From Alphaproteobacteria bacterium (lineage in GTDB: Bacteria > Pseudomonadota > Alphaproteobacteria > CALKHQ01): 64,000 nt of DNA. This document shows, piece after piece, positions 28,971 through 37,796 of this stretch (position 1 is the stretch's first letter; the number at the start of each line of letters is the position of its first letter). The notes under the pieces were generated by a model. It did no database searches. It saw only the letters and a list, made by a program, of their open reading frames with translations, and was not told the origin of the DNA. The DNA is taken from assembly GCA_965227515.1 (NCBI GenBank), contig CBDDFZ010000002.1, positions 192,001-256,000 on the forward strand, written 5' to 3'. Position numbers and translations under genes: made by a program.

Positions 28971-29980
28971 TGGCCGAACAGGAATTGACCGCGCAGGAAG
29001 GCGCTGAACTGCAGGGGTCGTCGGGGCTGCGCACCGCGCTGATCGTGCTGTCGCGCTACGGCACCATCTTCGGGCTGCTGCTGATGATCCTGATCTTCGG
29101 CATCATGGCGCCGGACATCTTTCTGTCGCGCGCGAACCTGATCAACATCCTGAGCCAGGCATCGCTGACCGCGATCATCGCCTGCGGGCTGACCTATACG
29201 CTGGTGGTGGGCGAGTTCGATCTGAGCATCGGGTTCGTGGCGAGCTTCGTGGGTCTGATCGTCACCGGCCTGATGGCGCACGAGGGGCTGCCGATCTGGC
29301 TCAGCATCATCGTGGCGCTGATGGTTGGCAGCGGCATCGGCGGCATCAACGGTATCCTGGTCACCAAGATCCGCATCAACGCCGTGATCACCACGCTGGG
29401 CATCGGCACCATGCTGACCGGCCTCGGCTTCACCTACAGCCAGTTTCCGATCGCGTCCGGCATTCCGTTCGAGTTCACCGATATCGCGCTCAGCCGCCCG
29501 ATCCTGGACCTGCCGAGCCCGGTGCTGATCATGGCGCTGGTTCTGGTGGTGCTGTGGATCATCCTGAACAAGACCGACTTCGGCCAGCGCATGCAGGCGG
29601 TCGGCGCCAATATCGAGGCGGCGCGCCTGTCCGGCATTCGTGTCGACCTAGTGAAGATCCTGGCGTTCTGCACCGCCGGCTTCTGCGCCGCCCTGACCGG
29701 CATCCTGCTGTCGGCGCTGCTGGGCAGCGGCACGCTGGGCGCGGCAGACGGCTATCTGCTCGATGCCTTCGCGGCGGTCTTTCTGGGATCGGCGACCCTG
29801 AAGGAAGGCGAGTTCCACATCGTCGGCACCCTGATCGGGGTGCTGATCCTGGCCGTGGGCTTCAACGGGCTTTCCATCTTCGGCGCGCCGACCCACTTCC
29901 AGCCGATCTTCAAGGGCGGGATCCTGATCCTGGCGGTCGGCATGTCGGCCCTGGCCCGGCGCTACGCCGCCAATTTATGA
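28970..29980 (+). CDS. Sugar ABC transporter permease (RbsC-like)
   Basis: GEFDLSIG, GANIEAARLSGI and LDAFAAVFLG motifs; TAATG coupling to the ATPase gene. Confidence 0.92.
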   Translation: MAEQELTAQEGAELQGSSGLRTALIVLSRYGTIFGLLLMILIFGIMAPDIFLSRANLINILSQASLTAIIACGLTYTLVVGEFDLSIGFVASFVGLIVTGLMAHEGLPIWLSIIVALMVGSGIGGINGILVTKIRINAVITTLGIGTMLTGLGFTYSQFPIASGIPFEFTDIALSRPILDLPSPVLIMALVLVVLWIILNKTDFGQRMQAVGANIEAARLSGIRVDLVKILAFCTAGFCAALTGILLSALLGSGTLGAADGYLLDAFAAVFLGSATLKEGEFHIVGTLIGVLILAVGFNGLSIFGAPTHFQPIFKGGILILAVGMSALARRYAANL

Positions 29981-30039
29981 CGCCTGCCGCGTGATCACAC
30001 CGGCGGCCCGCCATGCCCGCCGGATGGTCCGCGAATCCT

Positions 30040-30090
30040 TGACGTTCACGCCGTGAATTTGAGCTTGACCCTGACGTTCACGTGGTGAAT
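30040..30090. promoter_or_regulatory. Tandem 19-bp repeat, each copy containing the palindrome TTCAC-N3-GTGAA
   Basis: TGACGTTCACGCCGTGAAT (30040) and TGACGTTCACGTGGTGAAT (30072), 32 bp apart, upstream of the glycan cluster. Confidence 0.55.
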
Positions 30091-30330
30091 GATCCGCGCG
30101 ATTCCGGCACCGTCAGTGGTGCCCGAATCGTTGCGGAAATCACCAAGGCAGGGCGACGCGCGCGGCAAAAAGCGCCTTCACCCGGCCTGCGGTAGCGTGC
30201 CCGGATGCCGGGATTCGCAGCCGCCGGATCCCCATCTCCCATGACCCTCGGATCACGCTTTCATATGCTGGCAAGGCCATGCCGCACGGCTGCGCACGTG
30301 GCGCCGACCGCGCCGGAGGGGTGCTAGGCG

Positions 30331-32193
30331 ATGTGCGGCATTGCCGGCGCAATTGGGCCGGGTGCAATCGACGCCGCTCCCATGCCGGCGGACCGGCAGC
30401 AGGCGGCTCTTGATGCCCTGGCGCGGCGTGGCCCCGACGCTTCGGGGGCATGGGGCGGGACGGTCGGCGGCATGTCGGTGACGCTGCTGCACACGCGGCT
30501 CGCGATCATCGACCTCGACCCCCGGGCCAACCAGCCGTTCGCCGCCGCCGACTGCGTGCTGAGCTACAATGGCGAGGTCTACAACTACCGTGAGCTGCGC
30601 GCCGAGCTGGAGGCGTTGGGGCATGGCTTCCAGACCGACAGCGACACCGAGGTGGTGGTCCGCGCCTACCGCCAGTGGGGCACGGCCGCCCTCGGCCGCA
30701 TGGACGGGATGTGGGCGTTCGCCCTCGCCGACCTGCGCGATGGCACCGTGCTGCTCAGCCGCGACCGCTTCGGCGAGAAGCCGCTGTTCTGGTGGCGCCA
30801 TGGCGGCACGCTCTACTTCGCGTCCGAGGTGAAGGCGCTGGTGGCGATGGCGGGCGCCCGTCCCCCGGTCAATGCCACCATGGTCCGCCGCTATCTGGTC
30901 AATGGCTACAAGGCGGTGCACAAGTCGGCCGAGACCTGGTTCCAGGGTGTGCATGCGTTGCCGGCCGCCACCTATGCGGTGCTGGACGGCGCCGGCGCGC
31001 CCGCGCCGCAGCGCTACTGGTCGCTGGCATTCACGCCCACGGCCATGAGCATGGACGATGCGGTGGCGGAAACCCGCCGCCATATGGTCCACGCGGTAGA
31101 CACCCGGCTGCGCGCCGACGTGCCGGTCGCGTTCTGCCTGTCGGGCGGGATCGATTCCTCCGCGCTGGCGAGCCTTGCGGCCAAGCACCTGGGCCGGCAG
31201 GTGGCCGCGTTCTCGATCCTGGACCGCGACGAGCGCTATGACGAGCGCACCAACATGACGGCGACGGTCGAGGACATCGGCTGCGACTGGCACCCGATCG
31301 AGACCACGACCGAGGGGTTTCTCGACGCGCTGGCCGAGCTGGTCGGCTATCACGACGCCCCGGTGGCGACCATCAGCTACTACGTCCACGCCTTCCTTTC
31401 GCGTGCGATCCGCGAGGCCGGCTTCAAGGTGGCGATCTCCGGCACCGCGGCCGACGAGATCTTCACCGGCTACTATGACCATTACGGCTTCTGGCTGGCG
31501 GCGATGGCCGACCGGCCGGAGGCCGATGCACTGGTCGCAGACTGGCGGCGGAGCTACGGCGCCCATGTCCGAAACCCGGTGCTGCAGGACCCGATGACGT
31601 TCCGCGACCGCCCGGACGAGCGAGGCCACATCTACCTCAACCGCGATCTGTTCAACGGCTGGATGACCGAAGAACTGGACGAGGATTTCGCCGAGGAGGC
31701 ATACGCCGACGACCTGTTGCGCCGGCGGATGATGAACGAGCTGTTCCATGAATCGGTGCCGGTGCTGCTGGCCGAGGACGACGCCAATTCCATGCGCTGG
31801 TCGGTGGAGAACCGTTCGCCCTATCTGGCGCGTGGGCTGGTGGAGTTCCTCTACACCGTGCCCGGCGAGCACCTGATCCACGACGGCTACCCGAAATGGC
31901 TGCTGCGCGCGGCGGTGCCGGAGATGAACGAGACCGTGCGCGGCGACCGGCAGAAGCGCGGCTTCAATGCCTCGATCGACTCCCTGCTCGACCGCAAGGA
32001 CGCCGCCGTGCGCGAGCGTCTGCTGGCGCCGGGGCCGATCTTCGACATCGTCCGGCGCGATGCGATGGAAGACCTGCTCGAAGCCGACCTGACCGACAAC
32101 TCGTTCTCCAAGTTCGCGTTCAGCTTCGTCTCGGCCAAGCTGTTCCTGGAGAGCGACATCGCCGCCGGCGGCCTGCCCCAGATGGCGGCCTGA
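30331..32193 (+). CDS. asnB: Asparagine-synthase-like glutamine amidotransferase (glycan amidation)
   Basis: MCGIAG (Ntn Cys), RRGPD, YNGEVYNY, RDRFGEKPL, LSGGIDSS and QKRGF motifs. Confidence 0.92.
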   Translation: MCGIAGAIGPGAIDAAPMPADRQQAALDALARRGPDASGAWGGTVGGMSVTLLHTRLAIIDLDPRANQPFAAADCVLSYNGEVYNYRELRAELEALGHGFQTDSDTEVVVRAYRQWGTAALGRMDGMWAFALADLRDGTVLLSRDRFGEKPLFWWRHGGTLYFASEVKALVAMAGARPPVNATMVRRYLVNGYKAVHKSAETWFQGVHALPAATYAVLDGAGAPAPQRYWSLAFTPTAMSMDDAVAETRRHMVHAVDTRLRADVPVAFCLSGGIDSSALASLAAKHLGRQVAAFSILDRDERYDERTNMTATVEDIGCDWHPIETTTEGFLDALAELVGYHDAPVATISYYVHAFLSRAIREAGFKVAISGTAADEIFTGYYDHYGFWLAAMADRPEADALVADWRRSYGAHVRNPVLQDPMTFRDRPDERGHIYLNRDLFNGWMTEELDEDFAEEAYADDLLRRRMMNELFHESVPVLLAEDDANSMRWSVENRSPYLARGLVEFLYTVPGEHLIHDGYPKWLLRAAVPEMNETVRGDRQKRGFNASIDSLLDRKDAAVRERLLAPGPIFDIVRRDAMEDLLEADLTDNSFSKFAFSFVSAKLFLESDIAAGGLPQMAA

Positions 32194-32837
32194 TGGCAAC
32201 CATCGGCATCGTCGACTACGGGCTGGGCAATCTGCGCTCGGTGCGCGGCGCGGTGGAGCGGTTGGGCCACGAGGCCCAGGTGACCGCCGACGCCGATGCG
32301 CTGGCGGCCGCCGACCGGCTGATCCTGCCCGGGGTGGGCGCGTTCGGCGACGGCATGAAGAACTTGCGCGCCCGTGGCCTCGACACCGCGCTGACCGCGC
32401 TGGTGCGGGACGGCAAGCCGATCCTGGGCATCTGCCTCGGCTTCCAGCTCCTCGCCCGCGGCAGCACCGAGTTCGGCGAGCATGAGGGCCTGGGCTGGGT
32501 GCCGGCCCATGTCGAGCGGCTGGCGCCGGCCGACACCACGTTGCGCGTGCCCCATGTCGGCTGGAACGACCTGGAGCAGACCAAGGCATCGCCGCTCTAC
32601 GACGACGTGCCGGCGGAGGCGTTGTTCTACTACGTCCACAGCTACCGGATGGTGGCCGATAGCGACGAGATCGTTGTCGGCCGTTGCGACTACGGCGGCC
32701 CCTTCGTCGCCGCCATCGCCCACGGCAACATCTTCGGCGTGCAGTTCCACCCGGAAAAGAGCCAGGCCCACGGGCTGACCCTGCTCGGCAACTTCCTCGA
32801 CCTGCCGGCCGCCGCCATGGTGCGCGATGCTGCGTAG
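32193..32837 (+). CDS. hisH: HisH-like class I glutaminase (WbuY type), copy 1
   Basis: DYGLGNL, LPGVGAF, GICLG, PHVGWN and QFHPEKS motifs. Confidence 0.9.
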   Translation: MATIGIVDYGLGNLRSVRGAVERLGHEAQVTADADALAAADRLILPGVGAFGDGMKNLRARGLDTALTALVRDGKPILGICLGFQLLARGSTEFGEHEGLGWVPAHVERLAPADTTLRVPHVGWNDLEQTKASPLYDDVPAEALFYYVHSYRMVADSDEIVVGRCDYGGPFVAAIAHGNIFGVQFHPEKSQAHGLTLLGNFLDLPAAAMVRDAA

Positions 32838-33573
32838 GCGCGTCATCACCGTGCTGACCTTCAACGACGGCGTGCTGTTCCGCACCAAGCTGTTCCGGCC
32901 CGACTATCGCTACACGCTGAACTTCGTCGATGCCTGGTCGGTGGACGAGATCGTGGCGCTTGATGTGACCCGCCCGGGCGAGGGCGACCGCGCCAATTTC
33001 GAGCAAGTGGTGTCCGAGTTCGCCAGCCGCTGCTTCGTGCCGCTGGCAGCCGGCGGCGGCATCCGCAGCCTGGCAGATGTCGAGCGCCTGATGGCGGTGG
33101 GCGCGGACAAGGTGGTGGTGAACACCGGCGCGCTGGAGCGGCCCGAGCTGATCACCGAGATCGCGCAGGCCTATGGCGCCCAGTGCGTGGTGGTCTCCAT
33201 CGACGCCAAGCGCCACGAGGATGGCACGTACGAGGTGTTCGGCCGCTTCGGCGCCGAGCCCACCGGCAAGACGCCGGAGGATTGGGCGCGCGAGGCCGAG
33301 GCGCTGGGCGCCGGTGAGATCATGATCACCGCCATCGAGCGCGATGGGTCGCTGCAGGGCTATGACCTGGAGCTTAGCCGCGCGGTCGCCGATGCGGTCG
33401 GCATCCCGGTGCTGATCCTCGGCGGCTGCGGCACCTGGAAGCACATGGCCGAAGGCTTCCGCGAGGCCGACGCGGCGGCGGCCTGCACCCAGAACATCTA
33501 CCACTTCACCGAGACCAGCATTCACAGCGCCAAGCGCTATCTGGCCGGCCAGGGCATCGCGGTGCGTTCGTGA
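32827..33573 (+). CDS. hisF: HisF-like (WbuZ/AglZ type) subunit, copy 1
   Basis: GGGIRS, GADKVVVNT, QCVVVSID, GAGEI and IERDG motifs; lacks the Asp of the canonical CLDV motif. Confidence 0.85.
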   Translation: MLRRRVITVLTFNDGVLFRTKLFRPDYRYTLNFVDAWSVDEIVALDVTRPGEGDRANFEQVVSEFASRCFVPLAAGGGIRSLADVERLMAVGADKVVVNTGALERPELITEIAQAYGAQCVVVSIDAKRHEDGTYEVFGRFGAEPTGKTPEDWAREAEALGAGEIMITAIERDGSLQGYDLELSRAVADAVGIPVLILGGCGTWKHMAEGFREADAAAACTQNIYHFTETSIHSAKRYLAGQGIAVRS

Positions 33574-33583
33574 GCGATTGGGC

Positions 33584-34690
33584 ATGAAATACTGCAGCCA
33601 GTGCCTGATGCCGGACACCCGGCCGCGCGTGGTGTTCGACGCCGAGGGTGTGTGCAACGCCTGCCGCACCGCCGAGGAGAAGGCGGTCATCGACTGGGAC
33701 GCGCGCCGGGCCGAGTTCGATGCCTATGTCGAGCGGCTGCGCCCGGCCGGCGGCGCTTACGACTGCATCGTGCCCTGGTCCGGCGGCAAGGACTCCAGCT
33801 TTATCGCCTACAAGCTGAAGTTCGAGCTGGGGCTGAACCCGCTGCTGGTCACCTTCTCGCCGCTGATCCCGAACGAGGTCGGCGCCCACAATCGCGAGGC
33901 GCTGATCCGCGCCGGCTTCGACCACATCATGGTGCGGCCGAACCAGCATGTGTCGCGCCACCTGTGCCGCCGCTTCTTCACCGAGCGCGGCAACCCGAAG
34001 GTGCATTGGGACGCGGGCGTCAATTCGGCGCCGATGCAGGTCGCGGTCAAGTACCGCATTCCGCTGATCTTCTATGCCGAGCATGGCGAGAGCGAATATG
34101 GCGGCCACGTGCTGAGCGAGGAGCACAAGAAGATCCGCGACCTGACCGAGGTGCTGGAGCACCAGATCGGCGACCACCCGGACAACTGGGAAGACGAGGT
34201 GGCCGGCGACCGCGATCTGGAGCCCTACCGCTACCCCGACCTGGCCGACGTCGAGGCGCAGGGCGTGACCGCCATGTACTTCGCCTATTTCTTCCCGTGG
34301 GACATCCGCCAGAACTTCGACTACATCCGCGACAAGATCGACTTCCGCACCGCGCCGGGCGGCCGCACCGAGGGCACGTTCACCGACTTCGACAGCCTCG
34401 ATGACAAGGTCGACAACCTCTACTACTACCTGCAATACATCAAATTCGGCTTCGGCCGCGCGATCCGCGACGCCTCGCGGCAGATCCAGCGTGGCCACAT
34501 GACCCGGGAGACCGCGCTGGACCTGGTGCAGCGCTATGACGGCGAGCCGCCGGAAGCTTTCCTGGCCGAGACCCTGGACTACCTGGACATGGACGCCGGC
34601 ACGTTCTGGGAGACCATCGACCTGCACCGCAACCGCGAGATCTGGGAGCATTCCGGCAACCAGTGGCAGCTTCGGCATCCGCCGGAGTAG
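33584..34690 (+). CDS. N-acetyl-sugar amidotransferase (WbuX/PseA family), copy 1
   Basis: CSQC...CNAC, YDCIVPWSGGKDS PP-loop and YIKFGFGRA motifs. Confidence 0.9.
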   Translation: MKYCSQCLMPDTRPRVVFDAEGVCNACRTAEEKAVIDWDARRAEFDAYVERLRPAGGAYDCIVPWSGGKDSSFIAYKLKFELGLNPLLVTFSPLIPNEVGAHNREALIRAGFDHIMVRPNQHVSRHLCRRFFTERGNPKVHWDAGVNSAPMQVAVKYRIPLIFYAEHGESEYGGHVLSEEHKKIRDLTEVLEHQIGDHPDNWEDEVAGDRDLEPYRYPDLADVEAQGVTAMYFAYFFPWDIRQNFDYIRDKIDFRTAPGGRTEGTFTDFDSLDDKVDNLYYYLQYIKFGFGRAIRDASRQIQRGHMTRETALDLVQRYDGEPPEAFLAETLDYLDMDAGTFWETIDLHRNREIWEHSGNQWQLRHPPE

Positions 34691-34702
34691 GGTCGCGCAA
34701 AA

Positions 34703-35158
34703 TTGGATCAACTAAACTGTCCATCTCTTGACGTCTGGACTGCTCGATCAGATTGGTTCGATGAGTTGTTCGACGTGGAAAAACGAGGCGGTGGTTATGC
34801 TATGGGGGAACACTCCACAGGGCTCTTAGTTGATCTGCAAGCAATATTTTGTGCAGGAGCATTTATTTCAGTGATTATTGTATCATGCGCCGTCATAGAT
34901 GCACATTTCAGGGAGGTCGAGTTAGATCCAAAATTCGGTGGTGGGATCAAAGCCTCGTTTGCGTCCTCGGGGTCTTCAAAACTTGACGATCTTGAGTGGC
35001 TGCGAAACTTGAGAAACGAGCTTGTTCATCCAAATGTCCGAAAAGCTCCAGCCATTTCGGTCGACTCTCAATGGTCGAACCGGGCTGAACATGAACAAGA
35101 TGGTAGGCGCGCCATCAAATTGGTTGCAGACATTTTGTTTGAATTTCCTTTTGTCTGA
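34703..35158 (+). CDS. AT-rich hypothetical protein with HEPN-like RNxxxH motif
   Basis: Visibly lower GC than the flanks; helical pattern, AVIDAHFR and LRNLRNELVHP. Confidence 0.65.
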   Translation: MDQLNCPSLDVWTARSDWFDELFDVEKRGGGYAMGEHSTGLLVDLQAIFCAGAFISVIIVSCAVIDAHFREVELDPKFGGGIKASFASSGSSKLDDLEWLRNLRNELVHPNVRKAPAISVDSQWSNRAEHEQDGRRAIKLVADILFEFPFV

Positions 35159-35193
35159 AACAGCTTAACCTCTCGCAACAACCTGCACCTCAA

Positions 35194-36060
35194 ATGACCG
35201 ACTACCAAGACTTCCCCTGTGACGTGTGCGGCGCCGACGATGCCGCCGAGATCGAGATCGCGCGGCACTACATGGACGGCCAGCAACTGCATGTCTGCCG
35301 TGGCTGCGGCTTCGTCCACGTGCGCAGCCGCCGGTCCGCCCAGGCTATTGCCGATGCCTGGTCGGACGACCTCTACCAGCGCAAGTACACCGCCCGCATA
35401 CCGGCGGTGCGCGCCCGCCAGGTCTATGTCGCGGAGTTCATGGACACCGAGATCGGGGTGCGCGGCAAGTCGGTCTGCGACATCGGTGCCGGCGAGGGCC
35501 TGTTCCTCGACATGCTGCGCGAAGCCCCGTACGACGCCGATGTGTTCGGCATCGAGCCCTCGGCCGCCAACGGCAACCTGATGGACTCCCAGGACATTCC
35601 GAACACCGTCGGCACCATCGAGAGCTACATCGACACGCCGGGCCACCGCACCGGCTTCGATATCGCCACCATCATTTGGACGCTGGAGAATTGTCAGTCG
35701 GCCAAGACCATGTTGGACGGCGCGCACCATCTGCTGGCGGGCAACGGCCATATGGTGGTGGCCACCGGCAGCCGCGTGCTGGTGCCGTTCAAGAAGCCGC
35801 TGCAGTACTACCTGGGCCCGAACGCGGCCGACACCCATGCCTTCCGCTTCTCGGCCAACACCCTCCGGCGGGCGATGGCCAACAGCGGCTTCGAGACCGT
35901 GCGGATCAACCGCTATATCGACACCGACGTGCTGGTGGCCATCGGCCGCAAGTCCGAGACGCCGGTCGATGCCAGCGCCTACCGCGACGACTGGCGGGAG
36001 GTGCTCGACTTCTTCAACCGCTGGCATGCCGAGACCCAGGCCCATTACAGCGATGTCTGA
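35194..36060 (+). CDS. Class I SAM-dependent methyltransferase with N-terminal zinc ribbon
   Basis: CDVC...CRGC, VCDIGAGEG and GIEPS motifs. Confidence 0.85.
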   Translation: MTDYQDFPCDVCGADDAAEIEIARHYMDGQQLHVCRGCGFVHVRSRRSAQAIADAWSDDLYQRKYTARIPAVRARQVYVAEFMDTEIGVRGKSVCDIGAGEGLFLDMLREAPYDADVFGIEPSAANGNLMDSQDIPNTVGTIESYIDTPGHRTGFDIATIIWTLENCQSAKTMLDGAHHLLAGNGHMVVATGSRVLVPFKKPLQYYLGPNAADTHAFRFSANTLRRAMANSGFETVRINRYIDTDVLVAIGRKSETPVDASAYRDDWREVLDFFNRWHAETQAHYSDV

Positions 36061-36781
36061 CCTGGCGGAGACCCTCGGCGTGTCGGTGACGCCGCAGCCG
36101 TTCGAGACGGCCATTTTCGGCGCGCCGGTCTGGCGGCTGGATGTAGTGGACGGTAGCGCGGGGCTGGCGCGGGCGGCACTGCGGGCCGTGGTCGATGACG
36201 CCCGCCGCCAGGACGTGGCGTTGGTAAGCTGCCGGGTGCCGGCGGACAGCGCGTCTGACGCGCCGCTGACCGGGGCAGGTTTCCGCCATGTCGAGCGCCT
36301 GCTGACCTTCGAGCGCCCCCTGGACGACGGGCCCACGGTGCCGGCCGACCTCGCCACCCCGGAAGAGGCCGATGCGGTGGCCGAGATCGGCGCCTCTACG
36401 TTCAGCCACGACCGCTATCACGCCGACCCCGCGCTGTCGGATGCCGCCGCCGACGAGATCAAGCGCCAGTGGGTGCGCAATGGCGTTGCCGGGCGGGCGG
36501 ATGCGCCCATCGTGGCGCGGGTGGACGGCGCCATCGCCGGCTTCAATCTGTGCATGCGGCGCGGCGATATGGCGGTGATCGACCTGATCGGCGTTGCCGC
36601 CGCCTATCGACGGCGCGGCATCGGCCGCCGGCTGGTGCGCGCGGCGCTCGGCCACTATGCCGGCGTGTGTGCGCGGATGCGGGTCGGCACCCAGGCGGCC
36701 AACGCGCCCTCCATCGCGCTCTATCGCGGCGAGGGTTTCGCGCAAGTGGAGGCCGCCGACACCTATCACTGGACGCCTTGA
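36053..36781 (+). CDS. GNAT acetyltransferase (WecD-like)
   Basis: DRYHADP, YRRRGIG and VGTQAANAPSIALY motifs. Confidence 0.85.
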   Translation: MSDLAETLGVSVTPQPFETAIFGAPVWRLDVVDGSAGLARAALRAVVDDARRQDVALVSCRVPADSASDAPLTGAGFRHVERLLTFERPLDDGPTVPADLATPEEADAVAEIGASTFSHDRYHADPALSDAAADEIKRQWVRNGVAGRADAPIVARVDGAIAGFNLCMRRGDMAVIDLIGVAAAYRRRGIGRRLVRAALGHYAGVCARMRVGTQAANAPSIALYRGEGFAQVEAADTYHWTP

Positions 36782-36785
36782 GCCG

Positions 36786-37796
36786 TTGGCGCTTTCCAAG
36801 TCACTCAAGATTGGCGTCGTCGGCCTCGGCGTCGGTGAGCAGCACGTCATCGGCTACAACGCCATCGACGGCTGCGAGGTCGTCGCGGTCGCCGACGTCG
36901 ACCCGGAGAAGCTCAAGACCGTGGCGGACCGTCAGGACGTGCCCGAACGCCATGCCGACTACCGCGCGGTCACCGAGCATCCCGATATCGACGTGGTTTC
37001 GATCTGCTCGTACGACGATGCCCATGCCGACCAGGCGGTCTCGGCCCTCAACCACGGCAAGCACGTCATGGTCGAAAAGCCGATCGCGCTCGACCGGCGG
37101 GACGCGGCGCGCATCGCCCAGGCCCATGCCGACAGCGGCAAGCGGCTGTCGTCCAACCTCATCCTGCGCCACAGTCCGCGCTTCCGCGCGGTCAAAGAGA
37201 TGGTGGCGGCCGGCGACTTCGGCGACGTGTTCTATGCCGAGGGCGACTACATCCACCAAATCCTGTGGAAGATCACCGAGGGTTGGCGCGGCAAGATGGG
37301 CTTCTACTGTGTCACCTATGGCGGCGGCATCCACCTGATCGACCTGATGCGCTGGATATTGGACGACGAGGTGACGGAAGTGGCCGCCATGGGCGCCAAG
37401 CTGCTGACCGCCGATGCGGATTTTCCCGGCCCGGACACCATGACCAGCCTGCTGAAGTTCGAGCGCGGTGCGATGGCGAAGTCGACCACCACCTTCGGCC
37501 CGCAACGCCGCCAGATCCACACCCTCAACGTCTATGGCACCAGGCTCTCGTTCGAGAACGGCATCCCGGACGCGCGCCTGTTCCGCGGCGACCAGCCGGA
37601 GGACGAGGCGGCGATGACGGTGCCCTATCCGGCGATAAACAAGTTCGACCTGCTGCCGGACTTCGTCGATGCCATCCGCCAGGACCGCGAGCCCAATGTG
37701 TCGGCGCGCGACGTGTTCCGCGTGATGGACATCTGTTTCGCAGCGTGGGAGGCGGCCAGCACCGGCCGCACGGTCAAGGTGGACTATCTAGTATGA
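36786..37796 (+). CDS. Gfo/Idh/MocA oxidoreductase
   Basis: IGVVGLGVG, VEKP and GGIHLID motifs; TTG start inferred. Confidence 0.88.
   Translation: MALSKSLKIGVVGLGVGEQHVIGYNAIDGCEVVAVADVDPEKLKTVADRQDVPERHADYRAVTEHPDIDVVSICSYDDAHADQAVSALNHGKHVMVEKPIALDRRDAARIAQAHADSGKRLSSNLILRHSPRFRAVKEMVAAGDFGDVFYAEGDYIHQILWKITEGWRGKMGFYCVTYGGGIHLIDLMRWILDDEVTEVAAMGAKLLTADADFPGPDTMTSLLKFERGAMAKSTTTFGPQRRQIHTLNVYGTRLSFENGIPDARLFRGDQPEDEAAMTVPYPAINKFDLLPDFVDAIRQDREPNVSARDVFRVMDICFAAWEAASTGRTVKVDYLV

Noticed and set aside
30253-33690. 1145-aa minus-strand ORF and similar long antisense ORFs across the glycan cluster
   Set aside because: Mirror frames of asnB/hisH/hisF and other genes; Arg/Ala/Gly-rich with no domain signatures
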